This document shows positions 15,290 through 21,099 of a stretch of 50,546 nucleotides of DNA, in pieces. Source of the stretch: Eubacteriales bacterium (GTDB lineage Bacteria > Bacillota > Clostridia > Oscillospirales > CAG-272); NCBI GenBank assembly GCA_045631585.1, contig JAZQUX010000190.1:1-50546 (forward strand), in the 5' to 3' direction. The position numbers and the translations under genes were made by a program. Below the pieces are notes generated by a model. That model saw only the letters and a list, made by a program, of their open reading frames with translations, was not told the DNA's origin and made no database searches. The stretch's first letter is position 1; each line of letters starts with the position of its first letter.

Positions 15290-15539
15290 TTTCATCCTCC
15301 TTGACAACGTAAAGTGTGGATTTTCTTGTTGTAAAGACAAAAGGCATATTGTGTGCTTTTGCGTAGTCTATCAGACTTATTCTTGCGTGTGATGCCCTGT
15401 AAGGCGAATTGTATTCAAGCGCAAGATTTGTGTAATCCTTCTTGCTGTTGAGCTCGTGAAGAAGATTCTGCTCTCTTGTGTAAAGTGACTTGCTTCTGCG
15501 AGGTACAATAGCCTCGTTAAACTTAAATGATTCAAACAT
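15282..15539 (-). CDS. Hypothetical protein (85 aa)
   Basis: ORF in operon register. 8-nt overlap with the next gene. Confidence 0.6.
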   Translation of the reverse strand: MFESFKFNEAIVPRRSKSLYTREQNLLHELNSKKDYTNLALEYNSPYRASHARISLIDYAKAHNMPFVFTTRKSTLYVVKEDENV

Positions 15540-15543
15540 AATT

Positions 15544-15858
15544 TTATTCTCCCTTTCTAATTAAAAATAATAAATAATCGTACTTGTCCGCAAGGTTTTC
15601 TCTTGCATCAAAAGTGTTTCTGCCCCAAAGCTCCTCAATCCGTTCTCTGTCCACATCTCCATTGGCGGCAAGATATTCGATTGCTTCCGCCTTGCTTTCT
15701 GCTCTTGCCGTCCTGCAAAACATATCAAATGCTTGCTCGGGAGGTACATCAAGCAGGAAATAATATCGGTAAGCCGCCTTGAAGAAGCCGTTGACTCCCT
15801 CCGGGTCTGATGGGTTAGGACATTTTTGATACTTATAGTATTTTTTCGTAAAATCCAT
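15544..15858 (-). CDS. Hypothetical protein (104 aa)
   Basis: ATG at 15858 with AGAGGG RBS (internal start of track ORF 15544..15891). Protein-like composition, unlike the overlapping frame 15561..15923. Confidence 0.6.
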   Translation of the reverse strand: MDFTKKYYKYQKCPNPSDPEGVNGFFKAAYRYYFLLDVPPEQAFDMFCRTARAESKAEAIEYLAANGDVDRERIEELWGRNTFDARENLADKYDYLLFLIRKGE

Positions 15859-15884
15859 TTTTGCCCTCTTTTTTTGAAAATCGT

Positions 15885-15913
15885 TTGACAAAATCGGGTA
15901 TCTATGCTATAAT
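15885..15913 (+). promoter_or_regulatory. Sigma-A consensus promoter antisense to the early operon
   Basis: TTGACA (15885-15890), 17 nt spacer, TATAAT (15908-15913). The -10 is bracketed by the inverted repeat TATCTAT (15899-15905) / ATAGATA (15914-15920). Confidence 0.65.
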
Positions 15914-15920
15914 ATAGATA

Positions 15921-15953
15921 CATCCGTTATTCTCCTTTTTCGGATGCTTTTTT
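15921..15953 (+). terminator. First plus-strand terminator of the small-RNA unit
   Basis: CATCCG (15921-26) / CGGATG (15941-46) stem, 14-nt loop UUAUUCUCCUUUUU, then CUUUUUU. Confidence 0.5.
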
Positions 15954-15958
15954 GAAAG

Positions 15959-15994
15959 GCCTGCGTTCTCCCTTCGCAGGTCTTTTTATTTTTT
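15959..15994 (+). terminator. Second plus-strand terminator
   Basis: CCTGCG / CGCAGG stem, 9-nt loop, then TCTTTTTATTTTTT. On the minus strand the same hairpin is followed by CCUUUCAAAAAA, so it is not a good terminator for the early operon. Confidence 0.6.
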
Positions 15995-16186
15995 GTCATC
16001 CTCGTCAAGTCTGTACCATTCAACCATATTGATTACAACTTCGGGTATGGCAAGCCCGATGCCGATAAGGGCAAGCTTAAATGCAACCCACATATCGTTT
16101 TCGACCGCACAGCTGCCAACCATCAGCAGAAACAGACCCGCAAGCAACGACAGTTTTGCAATCGCTTTGGCAATTATTCCTCGCAT
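15986..16186 (-). CDS. Small membrane protein (66 aa; alternative start 16201)
   Basis: MRGIIAKAIAKLSLLAGLFLLMVGSCAV...LALIGIGLAIPEVVI has two hydrophobic helices. GGGAG lies 9 nt upstream of the ATG at 16186. Confidence 0.55.
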   Translation of the reverse strand: MRGIIAKAIAKLSLLAGLFLLMVGSCAVENDMWVAFKLALIGIGLAIPEVVINMVEWYRLDEDDKK

Positions 16187-16611
16187 TCTAAACACTCCCA
16201 TTCTTTTATAGTCGGATTGTAGATGACATTCTTTTCGTAAACTCGCTCGAACTTGCGGAACATCTCGACTTCGTGTTCTTCAAATTCAATCCCCTTCGCC
16301 TTGAACGCCTTTTCCATCTTGGTGAAAGCAACTCCGTCACGCATATCCGCTTCAAAGCACTCCTTGTCAAGCTCATATGCCTTGAGTATTCGCTCTATCC
16401 TTATCTTCCCAAGACCAAGCACCCTTGCGGTAATCTCAAGGAAATGTAAGCTCTGCAACGCCGCATGAGTCCTCGATAAGTCATCGTGTTCCTTTGCTAT
16501 TGCCTGCTGACATTTTCTGCATCTTTTTGTCGCTTCGGCATCAAGCAATCTGTTCGCCTCTGCTTTCAAGAGGCGTTTTTTTCTTGCCGTGTCAAGGACA
16601 TTTGCCTTCAT
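16174..16611 (-). CDS. Hypothetical protein (145 aa)
   Basis: ATG at 16611 with GGAGGTG RBS (internal start of track ORF 16174..16629). Confidence 0.6.
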   Translation of the reverse strand: MKANVLDTARKKRLLKAEANRLLDAEATKRCRKCQQAIAKEHDDLSRTHAALQSLHFLEITARVLGLGKIRIERILKAYELDKECFEADMRDGVAFTKMEKAFKAKGIEFEEHEVEMFRKFERVYEKNVIYNPTIKEWECLECEE

Positions 16612-16769
16612 TTCTTGCACCTCCAACAATCTACATTAATAACCTTTGCCTTGTTTTTTCTGCGGTAAGCCCATTCAGCTTCCCAAATTTCAGCCTCAAG
16701 ATAAGCGAGGCTCGGTACAATCCCTACTCGGTGTCTGCCATCCGAGAAGGTAAAAACATATCTGTACAT
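16608..16769 (-). CDS. Small protein (53 aa), not in the ORF track
   Basis: ATG at 16769 with GGAGGG RBS. Sequence MYRYVFTFSDGRHRVGIVPSLAYLEAEIWEAEWAYRRKNKAKVINVDCWRCKK. Its stop overlaps the next ATG (ATGA). Confidence 0.5.
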   Translation of the reverse strand: MYRYVFTFSDGRHRVGIVPSLAYLEAEIWEAEWAYRRKNKAKVINVDCWRCKK

Positions 16770-16771
16770 CT

Positions 16772-17026
16772 CTATCCCTCCGTTCCCGATACGATTCCGT
16801 GAATCAGATTGTCAATCGTAGTATTAAGTGCGTTGCTTATAAGACACAGCTCGTTAATGGTTATTTCGCCCGGCTCACGCATCCTCTTCGAATAAGTCGA
16901 CCTTGAAAAGGGAAGTAACCGTTCAATGTCCGTCCGCTTCATCCCTTGCTTGGTCATCTCGCCCGAAATGGCTGTCTTAACATTGTTCGCAACCTTCTTG
17001 CGCTGTGCTTCGCTCATCCTCGGCAT
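16772..17026 (-). CDS. HTH-like small regulator (84 aa)
   Basis: ATG at 17026 with AAGGAGGTGG RBS (internal start of track ORF 16772..17158). ...LPFSRSTYSKRMREPGEITINELCLISNALNTTIDNLI. Confidence 0.55.
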   Translation of the reverse strand: MPRMSEAQRKKVANNVKTAISGEMTKQGMKRTDIERLLPFSRSTYSKRMREPGEITINELCLISNALNTTIDNLIHGIVSGTEG

Positions 17027-17039
17027 ATCACCACCTCCT

Positions 17040-17294
17040 TCAAGTCTCAAATTCCGAATAATCATAACTCGATGCCGTAGGAATTGCCGCAACCATCGAA
17101 ACAGCTCTCTCAATATCCCTCTGCACAACCTCAACCTGATTAAGCTGTATCTCATCAAGATTTTTAAGACTCGTTAATAATAGATGTGCCTTGTTTGCGA
17201 TGATGCGATAGTGTGTCGCAAACCTTTCGTGTGCGTTCTGTGCTTGCCTTGCCTCATCAAAGAGAGCCTGCACAGCACCCTTGTAGTCTTTCAT
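17040..17294 (-). CDS. Hypothetical protein (84 aa)
   Basis: AAGGAGA RBS. Second gene of the early operon. Confidence 0.6.
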   Translation of the reverse strand: MKDYKGAVQALFDEARQAQNAHERFATHYRIIANKAHLLLTSLKNLDEIQLNQVEVVQRDIERAVSMVAAIPTASSYDYSEFET

Positions 17295-17329
17295 TGCCGT
17301 TTTTGTCTCCTTCCAAAAACATTGTTTTT

Positions 17330-17497
17330 TTACTTTTTGATTTGCGTTTCAAAAGCCTCAAGGTCAGTTTCCTTGATGCGGTAAAACTTTCCGACCTTGA
17401 ATGCGGTCAAACGCTTGTCTCTTATCCACCCCCAAACGGTGGCAAGCTTTACGCCGTATCTTTCAGCGATTTCTTCACAAGTGTAAATTTTCTTCAT
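17330..17497 (-). CDS. Excisionase-family (HTH_17-type) DNA-binding protein, 55 aa, not in the ORF track
   Basis: ATG at 17497 with TAAGGAGGA RBS. Sequence MKKIYTCEEIAERYGVKLATVWGWIRDKRLTAFKVGKFYRIKETDLEAFETQIKK matches the MerR/Xis-like winged HTH pattern. First gene of the leftward early operon (Cro/Xis-like role). Confidence 0.7.
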   Translation of the reverse strand: MKKIYTCEEIAERYGVKLATVWGWIRDKRLTAFKVGKFYRIKETDLEAFETQIKK

Positions 17498-17525
17498 AAT
17501 TCCTCCTTATAATAGTTGTATTTAC

Positions 17526-17554
17526 TTGACTTTTGTTTTGTTTAGTGGTATAAT
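17526..17554 (+). promoter_or_regulatory. Rightward sigma-A promoter (extended -10) facing the leftward early promoter
   Basis: TTGACT (17526-31), 17 nt spacer, TATAAT (17549-54) preceded by TGG (TGnTATAAT). Confidence 0.65.
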
Positions 17555-17656
17555 GAATAAAAGAGTAATCATAGTCCACTAATTTATCCCGCCGATAAAT
17601 CGCTGAAACCGTGTTATTTTTCTTCGATTTAGTTTTGTTTTGTTCGGGATGGTTAT

Positions 17657-17685
17657 ATTATAATCCACCGAAGTGAATTTGTCAA
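17657..17685 (-). promoter_or_regulatory. Leftward early (lytic-type) sigma-A consensus promoter
   Basis: Minus strand TTGACA (17685-80), 17 nt spacer, TATAAT (17662-57). Confidence 0.7.
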
Positions 17686-17701
17686 CCCCTAAAATTCACT
17701 T
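17671..17701. promoter_or_regulatory. Operator candidate: 10-bp-arm inverted repeat across the -35 of the leftward promoter
   Basis: AAGTGAATTT (17671-80), 11 nt spacer, AAATTCACTT (17692-701). A third half-site GTGAATTT lies at 17746-53. Confidence 0.55.
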
Positions 17702-17771
17702 TTTTGAAGTTTGTGCAGTTATACAAAAAAAGCACATCCACTTTGGTGAATTTTATCAATAGGAGGAAAAA

Positions 17772-18089
17772 ATGTTTTGGGAAAACTTTTATTCGCTATG
17801 CGAAAACAACAATGAAAAACCGCTTAATGTTGTAACAAAGTTATCTATCGGTCATGGGTCTATAACAAAATGGAAAAATGGGGCTGTTCCTAATGGGAAA
17901 AACCTTCAAAAAATAGCCGACTACTTTAATGTAAGTGTCGACTACCTCTTGACAGGGCAAAAAGAAACGCCCACCGCAGAAGGCGATGAGCGTAAAACGG
18001 AGCTTATGAAATTGTTTAGCCTGCTTGACGATGCAGGTCAGGATGCTCTGATTGCGATTGCACAACAAATGAAGAAGCAAGACAAATAA
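17772..18089 (+). CDS. XRE-family HTH repressor-like protein (105 aa)
   Basis: AGGAGGA RBS. ...VVTKLSIGHGSITKWKNGAVPNGKNLQKIADYFNVSVDYLLTG is a classic Cro/CI HTH. Confidence 0.8.
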   Translation: MFWENFYSLCENNNEKPLNVVTKLSIGHGSITKWKNGAVPNGKNLQKIADYFNVSVDYLLTGQKETPTAEGDERKTELMKLFSLLDDAGQDALIAIAQQMKKQDK

Positions 18090-18174
18090 GCTGTTCAATC
18101 TGCTCGGAAGTCATATCCTTTATCAATTCTTCAAATTCTTTAGGCTTTGATTCTCTTATTTCAATTTCTTTCAT
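18016..18174 (-). CDS. Questionable small ORF (52 aa) on the antisense transcript entering the XRE gene
   Basis: ATG at 18174 with AAGGAG 11 nt upstream. MKEIEIRESKPKEFEELIKDMTSEQIEQLI... looks coding, but the last 22 codons overlap the 3' end of 17772..18089 on the opposite strand and look non-coding. Confidence 0.3.
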   Translation of the reverse strand: MKEIEIRESKPKEFEELIKDMTSEQIEQLICLASSFVVQSQSEHPDLHRQAG

Positions 18175-18235
18175 CTTTATATATACTCCTTTATGTAAAA
18201 TGTCTGTTGTGAGTTTAGAACGATTGTTCGATATA

Positions 18236-18264
18236 ATTATAGCACAACCGTTCGTGAAAGTCAA
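18236..18264 (-). promoter_or_regulatory. Leftward sigma-A consensus promoter convergent on the XRE gene 17772..18089
   Basis: Minus strand TTGACT (18264-59), 17 nt spacer, TATAAT (18241-36). Confidence 0.65.
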
Positions 18265-18280
18265 TTGTGATAACACACAA
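18265..18280. promoter_or_regulatory. Operator candidate abutting the -35 of the 18236-18264 promoter
   Basis: TTGTG-ATAACA-CACAA inverted repeat. Confidence 0.4.
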
Positions 18281-18312
18281 TATTTAAAGTAAAAGTTTGT
18301 ACGAAATTTGTC

Positions 18313-18340
18313 TTGACATTTCCGAAAGCTCCTTTATAAA
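18313..18340 (+). promoter_or_regulatory. Rightward promoter of the repressor-membrane protein-integrase operon
   Basis: TTGACA (18313-18), 16 nt spacer, TATAAA (18335-40). Confidence 0.6.
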
Positions 18341-18424
18341 GATGATTTTTTGTTTGTTGCACGAATTATATCACGGCAACTTTGTAAAATCAATACCCAA
18401 CTTTGTCTCAAAAGGAGGACATCT

Positions 18425-18862
18425 ATGTGGCTCGATAATCTCAAAGAGTTAAAGAAACAGACAAACTTGTCGTCAAAACAAATCGCATCGATGACAAACT
18501 TGCCCGAACGAACGGTCAGCCGTATCTTTTCAGGCGAAACCGACCACCCATATATGGACACAATCAGGTGTATCGTGTCTGCTCTCGGTGGCTCACTCGA
18601 TGACATATTTGCCGATACAAAAGTTGTCGTTGCGACAGAAACTGTTGCGACACTTAAGGAAAATGTCGATGCTGTCACCGCCGAAAAGGAACTTGTTGTT
18701 GCTGAAAAGGAACTCTCCGAAGCGGAAAACAATGTCCTGAAAGACAAAGTCGCCGCCTTAACAGCAGAAGTCGAGCTTTTGAAAATGCAACTCAAGCACA
18801 AGGACGAAATAATCGCCCTACATAATTATTATAATAGATTAAGAGTGAGCGAAGAACAGTAA
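18425..18862 (+). CDS. XRE-family repressor with C-terminal coiled coil (145 aa); best CI candidate
   Basis: ATG at 18425 with AAAGGAGGA RBS (internal start of track ORF 18350..18862). HTH ...SSKQIASMTNLPERTVSRIFSGE..., then a heptad-like VAEKELSEAENNVLKDKVAALTAEVELLKMQL. Heads the integrase operon. Confidence 0.75.
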   Translation: MWLDNLKELKKQTNLSSKQIASMTNLPERTVSRIFSGETDHPYMDTIRCIVSALGGSLDDIFADTKVVVATETVATLKENVDAVTAEKELVVAEKELSEAENNVLKDKVAALTAEVELLKMQLKHKDEIIALHNYYNRLRVSEEQ

Positions 18863-18875
18863 AGGAGAGAAAAAG

Positions 18876-19289
18876 ATGAAAAGAATCTTATCGTGGATTG
18901 TATTAATTGTTATAGGATATGTTGTAAGTTTGCTAACGAGCTTGGTTATGGGGCTTGGAGCGTATGTTTTATCTTTGATAGATGGGCTGAACACTCTTTT
19001 AAAAATACTCATATACTTGTTCGGTGGAGCTACTTTACTGTCGATAATTCTTGCTCCGATTTATTATGGAAGTATGCTCGCAGTCCCTGCTTCAGAAGCC
19101 GTAAAAGAGTCCAAAAAAGGAACGAGATATATTGTCTATTCGGTGTATAATCTTATAGCAAGCATTGCGTTTATAATTATGGGTTTTTTGCAAGGGGAAT
19201 TTAGATTACAGCCTTTGCTTATGTGTATATATTATATTGCGATATTAGTAATCGGCAAAAACATCGTCTCTGAAAAATACGAGGATTAA
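18876..19289 (+). CDS. Polytopic membrane protein (137 aa, about 4 TM) in the lysogeny operon
   Basis: AAAGGAGAG RBS. Four long hydrophobic segments. Sits between the repressor and the integrase. Confidence 0.7.
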   Translation: MKRILSWIVLIVIGYVVSLLTSLVMGLGAYVLSLIDGLNTLLKILIYLFGGATLLSIILAPIYYGSMLAVPASEAVKESKKGTRYIVYSVYNLIASIAFIIMGFLQGEFRLQPLLMCIYYIAILVIGKNIVSEKYED

Positions 19290-19291
19290 CT

Positions 19292-20353
19292 ATGCCCACG
19301 ATAAAGCAACTCCCGAGCGGTAACTACAACACCCTCATATACGACTTCACCGACCCGAATGGCAAAAGACACTATAAATCAATAACAGCTCCGTCAAAAA
19401 AGGAAGTAAAACTTCTTGTGGCGGAGTTTCTTGCGAGTAGGGAAGAACGAAAGGAAACACCCGACATCACCGTAAGAACGGCAATTGAACAATATGTCGA
19501 AGCTAAAAGCAATGTGCTGTCCCCGGCAACCTTGAGAGGCTATGATGTAATACTTCGCAATCGTATGAAGCGGATAATGGATATACCAATTTCAAAACTG
19601 TCATTGTCTGATATTCAGCTTGCTGTAAACGATGATTCGGAAAAACTCACACCAAAAACTGTCAGAAATACAAGCTCACTCGTGAGGTCGGCAATCCTTT
19701 TCGCAGCACCCAACTTCAGCTACAAAGTTACCTTGCCACAAAAAATAAAATCTGAAATCAAAATCCCGACAGAAGAGGAGATGCTCTGCATATTCAAGAA
19801 AGCCAAGGGAACAAACCTTGAAACAGCGATTTACCTTGCCGCAATGTGCGGTATGCGTAGAAGCGAAATCGTTGCCTTGAAGTGGTCGGATGTGGACCTC
19901 AAGAGCGGAATAATTAATATACGCCAAGCTGCCGTTCCCGACAGAAAAAACAAAACTGTTATCAAGACTACAAAAAACACATCAAGTACCCGGAGCATAA
20001 AAGTATTTACGCCCGTTCTCGCCCATCTAAAAACATTACCGCATAACACAGAAGCCGTGCAAGAATTCACTTCGCCAAACAGCATCACGGACGGATTTGC
20101 AGAATTGCTCAAAAGAAACGGAATCCCGCATTACCGATTCCACGATTTAAGACACTATGCCGTTTCGACTATGCTCTTGCTCAACATCCCCAAAAAGTAC
20201 ATAGCCGATTATGTCGGACACGAAACAGAGCATATGATAGACACAGTTTACGGACACATTATGCGAGATAAAAAAGATGACCTTATGGATGTCGTAAACG
20301 CTCATTTTTGCGATTTTTCAGCACAAATGCAAAACGAAATGCAAAACGAATAA
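19292..20353 (+). CDS. int: Tyrosine integrase
   Basis: 353 aa with ...GMRRSEIVALKWSDVD... and ...YRFHDLRHYAVSTML...GHETEHMIDTVYGHI (R / H-x-x-R / Y pattern). The att core lies 18 nt downstream. Confidence 0.9.
   Translation: MPTIKQLPSGNYNTLIYDFTDPNGKRHYKSITAPSKKEVKLLVAEFLASREERKETPDITVRTAIEQYVEAKSNVLSPATLRGYDVILRNRMKRIMDIPISKLSLSDIQLAVNDDSEKLTPKTVRNTSSLVRSAILFAAPNFSYKVTLPQKIKSEIKIPTEEEMLCIFKKAKGTNLETAIYLAAMCGMRRSEIVALKWSDVDLKSGIINIRQAAVPDRKNKTVIKTTKNTSSTRSIKVFTPVLAHLKTLPHNTEAVQEFTSPNSITDGFAELLKRNGIPHYRFHDLRHYAVSTMLLLNIPKKYIADYVGHETEHMIDTVYGHIMRDKKDDLMDVVNAHFCDFSAQMQNEMQNE
20325..20350 (+). repeat. 26-nt direct repeat, copy 1 (arm-site candidate, overlaps the integrase 3' end)
   Basis: AAATGCAAAACGAAATGCAAAACGAA, itself a tandem of AAATGCAAAAYGA. 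Matches 20544-20569 at 25 of 26 positions. Confidence 0.8.
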
Positions 20354-20370
20354 AAACTTTTCAACATATA

Positions 20371-20421
20371 TAAGGATTTGCTGAGTCTCTCGGAAGGGTT
20401 CAAGTCCCTTCGCCCGCACCA
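20371..20421 (+). other. attP core: 3' half of a type-II (long variable arm, Leu-like) tRNA ending in CCA
   Basis: Variable arm CTGAG-TCT-CTCGG, T-arm AAGGG-TTCAAGT-CCCTT, acceptor 3' strand CGCCCGC, discriminator A, CCA (ends at 20421). There is no complementary 5' acceptor strand or D-arm upstream, so it is not a complete tRNA gene. Confidence 0.7.
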
Positions 20422-20424
20422 AAA

Positions 20425-20462
20425 GGCAGTTTCAAGCTATTCTTGGAACTGTCTTTCTTTTT
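20425..20462 (+). terminator. Intrinsic terminator following the tRNA-like segment
   Basis: GGCAGTTTCAAG / CTTGGAACTGTC 12-bp stem (2 G-U pairs), loop CTATT, then TTTCTTTTT. Confidence 0.65.
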
Positions 20463-20484
20463 AACTTATTCTTGAAATTAAGAT

Positions 20485-20540
20485 GGTTTAAATCCAACCC
20501 AAAAGGTTTAAATATAACCCGAAAAGTTTAATTTTAAACC
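20485..20540 (+). repeat. Tandem GGTTTAAAT...AACCC[AG]AAA units in the P' arm
   Basis: GGTTTAAATCCAACCCAAAA / GGTTTAAATATAACCCGAAAA / GTTTAATTTTAAACC. Confidence 0.6.
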
Positions 20541-20543
20541 ACT

Positions 20544-20569
20544 AAATGCAAAATGAAATGCAAAACGAA
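20544..20569 (+). repeat. 26-nt direct repeat, copy 2
   Basis: AAATGCAAAATGAAATGCAAAACGAA, 219 bp downstream of copy 1 and on the other side of the att core. Confidence 0.8.
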
Positions 20570-20583
20570 ATATAAAACCAAAA

Positions 20584-20617
20584 GTGAGAGAGCCGAAACT
20601 CCCTCACCTTTTTTTTG
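20584..20617. terminator. Bidirectional terminator at the 3' end of the accessory cassette
   Basis: GTGAGAGAG / CTCCCTCAC stem (8 of 9 paired), loop CCGAAA, flanked by a T-run on the plus strand and an A-run (U-run on the minus strand). Confidence 0.6.
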
Positions 20618-20619
20618 TT

Positions 20620-21087
20620 TTAAGCTCTTTCAAGCTTTCTCATACAGTCTTTCAAAACTTCTCTCTCTTCGGGACTTGCATTCTCCATCATCTTGCCGAG
20701 CTTCGACATCATGTGGTCTTTTGCCCCCTCGCGAGAATAGTTATGACTTCCCATAGAGCCTTCATCGTAAGAATTGTAAGAGCCTCTGCCGTAAGAATCT
20801 CCTTCTTCGGAGTATCCGTCCTCACGGGAGTATCTGCCCCTGCTATCACGTTTCGCACGACGTCTGCCCCTTGCATAAGACATTTCATCATCGTAGCTTG
20901 CATAGCTTCCGTAACTGTCGTTGGACGAGCCGCCCTCCTCTTCAAGCATCTCAATCTTGCCGAGATTCTTGATTGTGTCGGTCAGTTTCCAAACGAGTTC
21001 AAGTTCAACGCCTGCAAGCTTGCCCTTGTTCGCATACTGTTCAAGCTCCTTGCAAAGCATCTCTTTTAATTTTTCAATATACTCCAT
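20620..21087 (-). CDS. Accessory protein F (155 aa): helical N-domain plus S/Y/G/R/D-rich low-complexity region
   Basis: ATG at 21087 with GGAGGTG RBS. MEYIEKLKEMLCKELEQY... then ...SYGSYASYDDEMSYARGRRRAKRDSRGRYSREDGYSEEGDSYGRGSY... Confidence 0.65.
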   Translation of the reverse strand: MEYIEKLKEMLCKELEQYANKGKLAGVELELVWKLTDTIKNLGKIEMLEEEGGSSNDSYGSYASYDDEMSYARGRRRAKRDSRGRYSREDGYSEEGDSYGRGSYNSYDEGSMGSHNYSREGAKDHMMSKLGKMMENASPEEREVLKDCMRKLERA

Positions 21088-21099
21088 ATGCACACCTCC

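Larger units (their letters stand above)
15920..15994 (+). ncRNA. Candidate small antisense RNA (about 35 or about 75 nt)
   Basis: The consensus promoter is immediately followed by two plus-oriented hairpin + U-tract terminators. There is no plus-strand ORF. The unit lies in the only 127-nt spacer of the minus-strand early operon. Confidence 0.45.

Noticed and set aside
15561-15923. ORF 15561..15923 (-), preceded by a strong AAGGAGA-N7-ATG.
   Set aside because: Its product is R/K/S/T-rich and overlaps out of frame the much more protein-like 15544..15858. The SD-like element is more likely part of the hairpin/antisense-RNA target region.
20335-20421. A complete tRNA gene at the att site.
   Set aside because: Only the variable arm, T-arm, acceptor 3' strand and CCA are present. 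No GCGGGCG 5' acceptor strand or D-arm exists upstream, where the sequence is the integrase 3' end. It is an attP core, not a functional tRNA. The anticodon identity (Leu-like) cannot be fixed from the fragment.
20553-21069. Plus-strand ORFs 20553..20756 and 20584..21069 downstream of attP.
   Set aside because: They start in the repeat/terminator region, run antisense to cassette gene F, and have no RBS.
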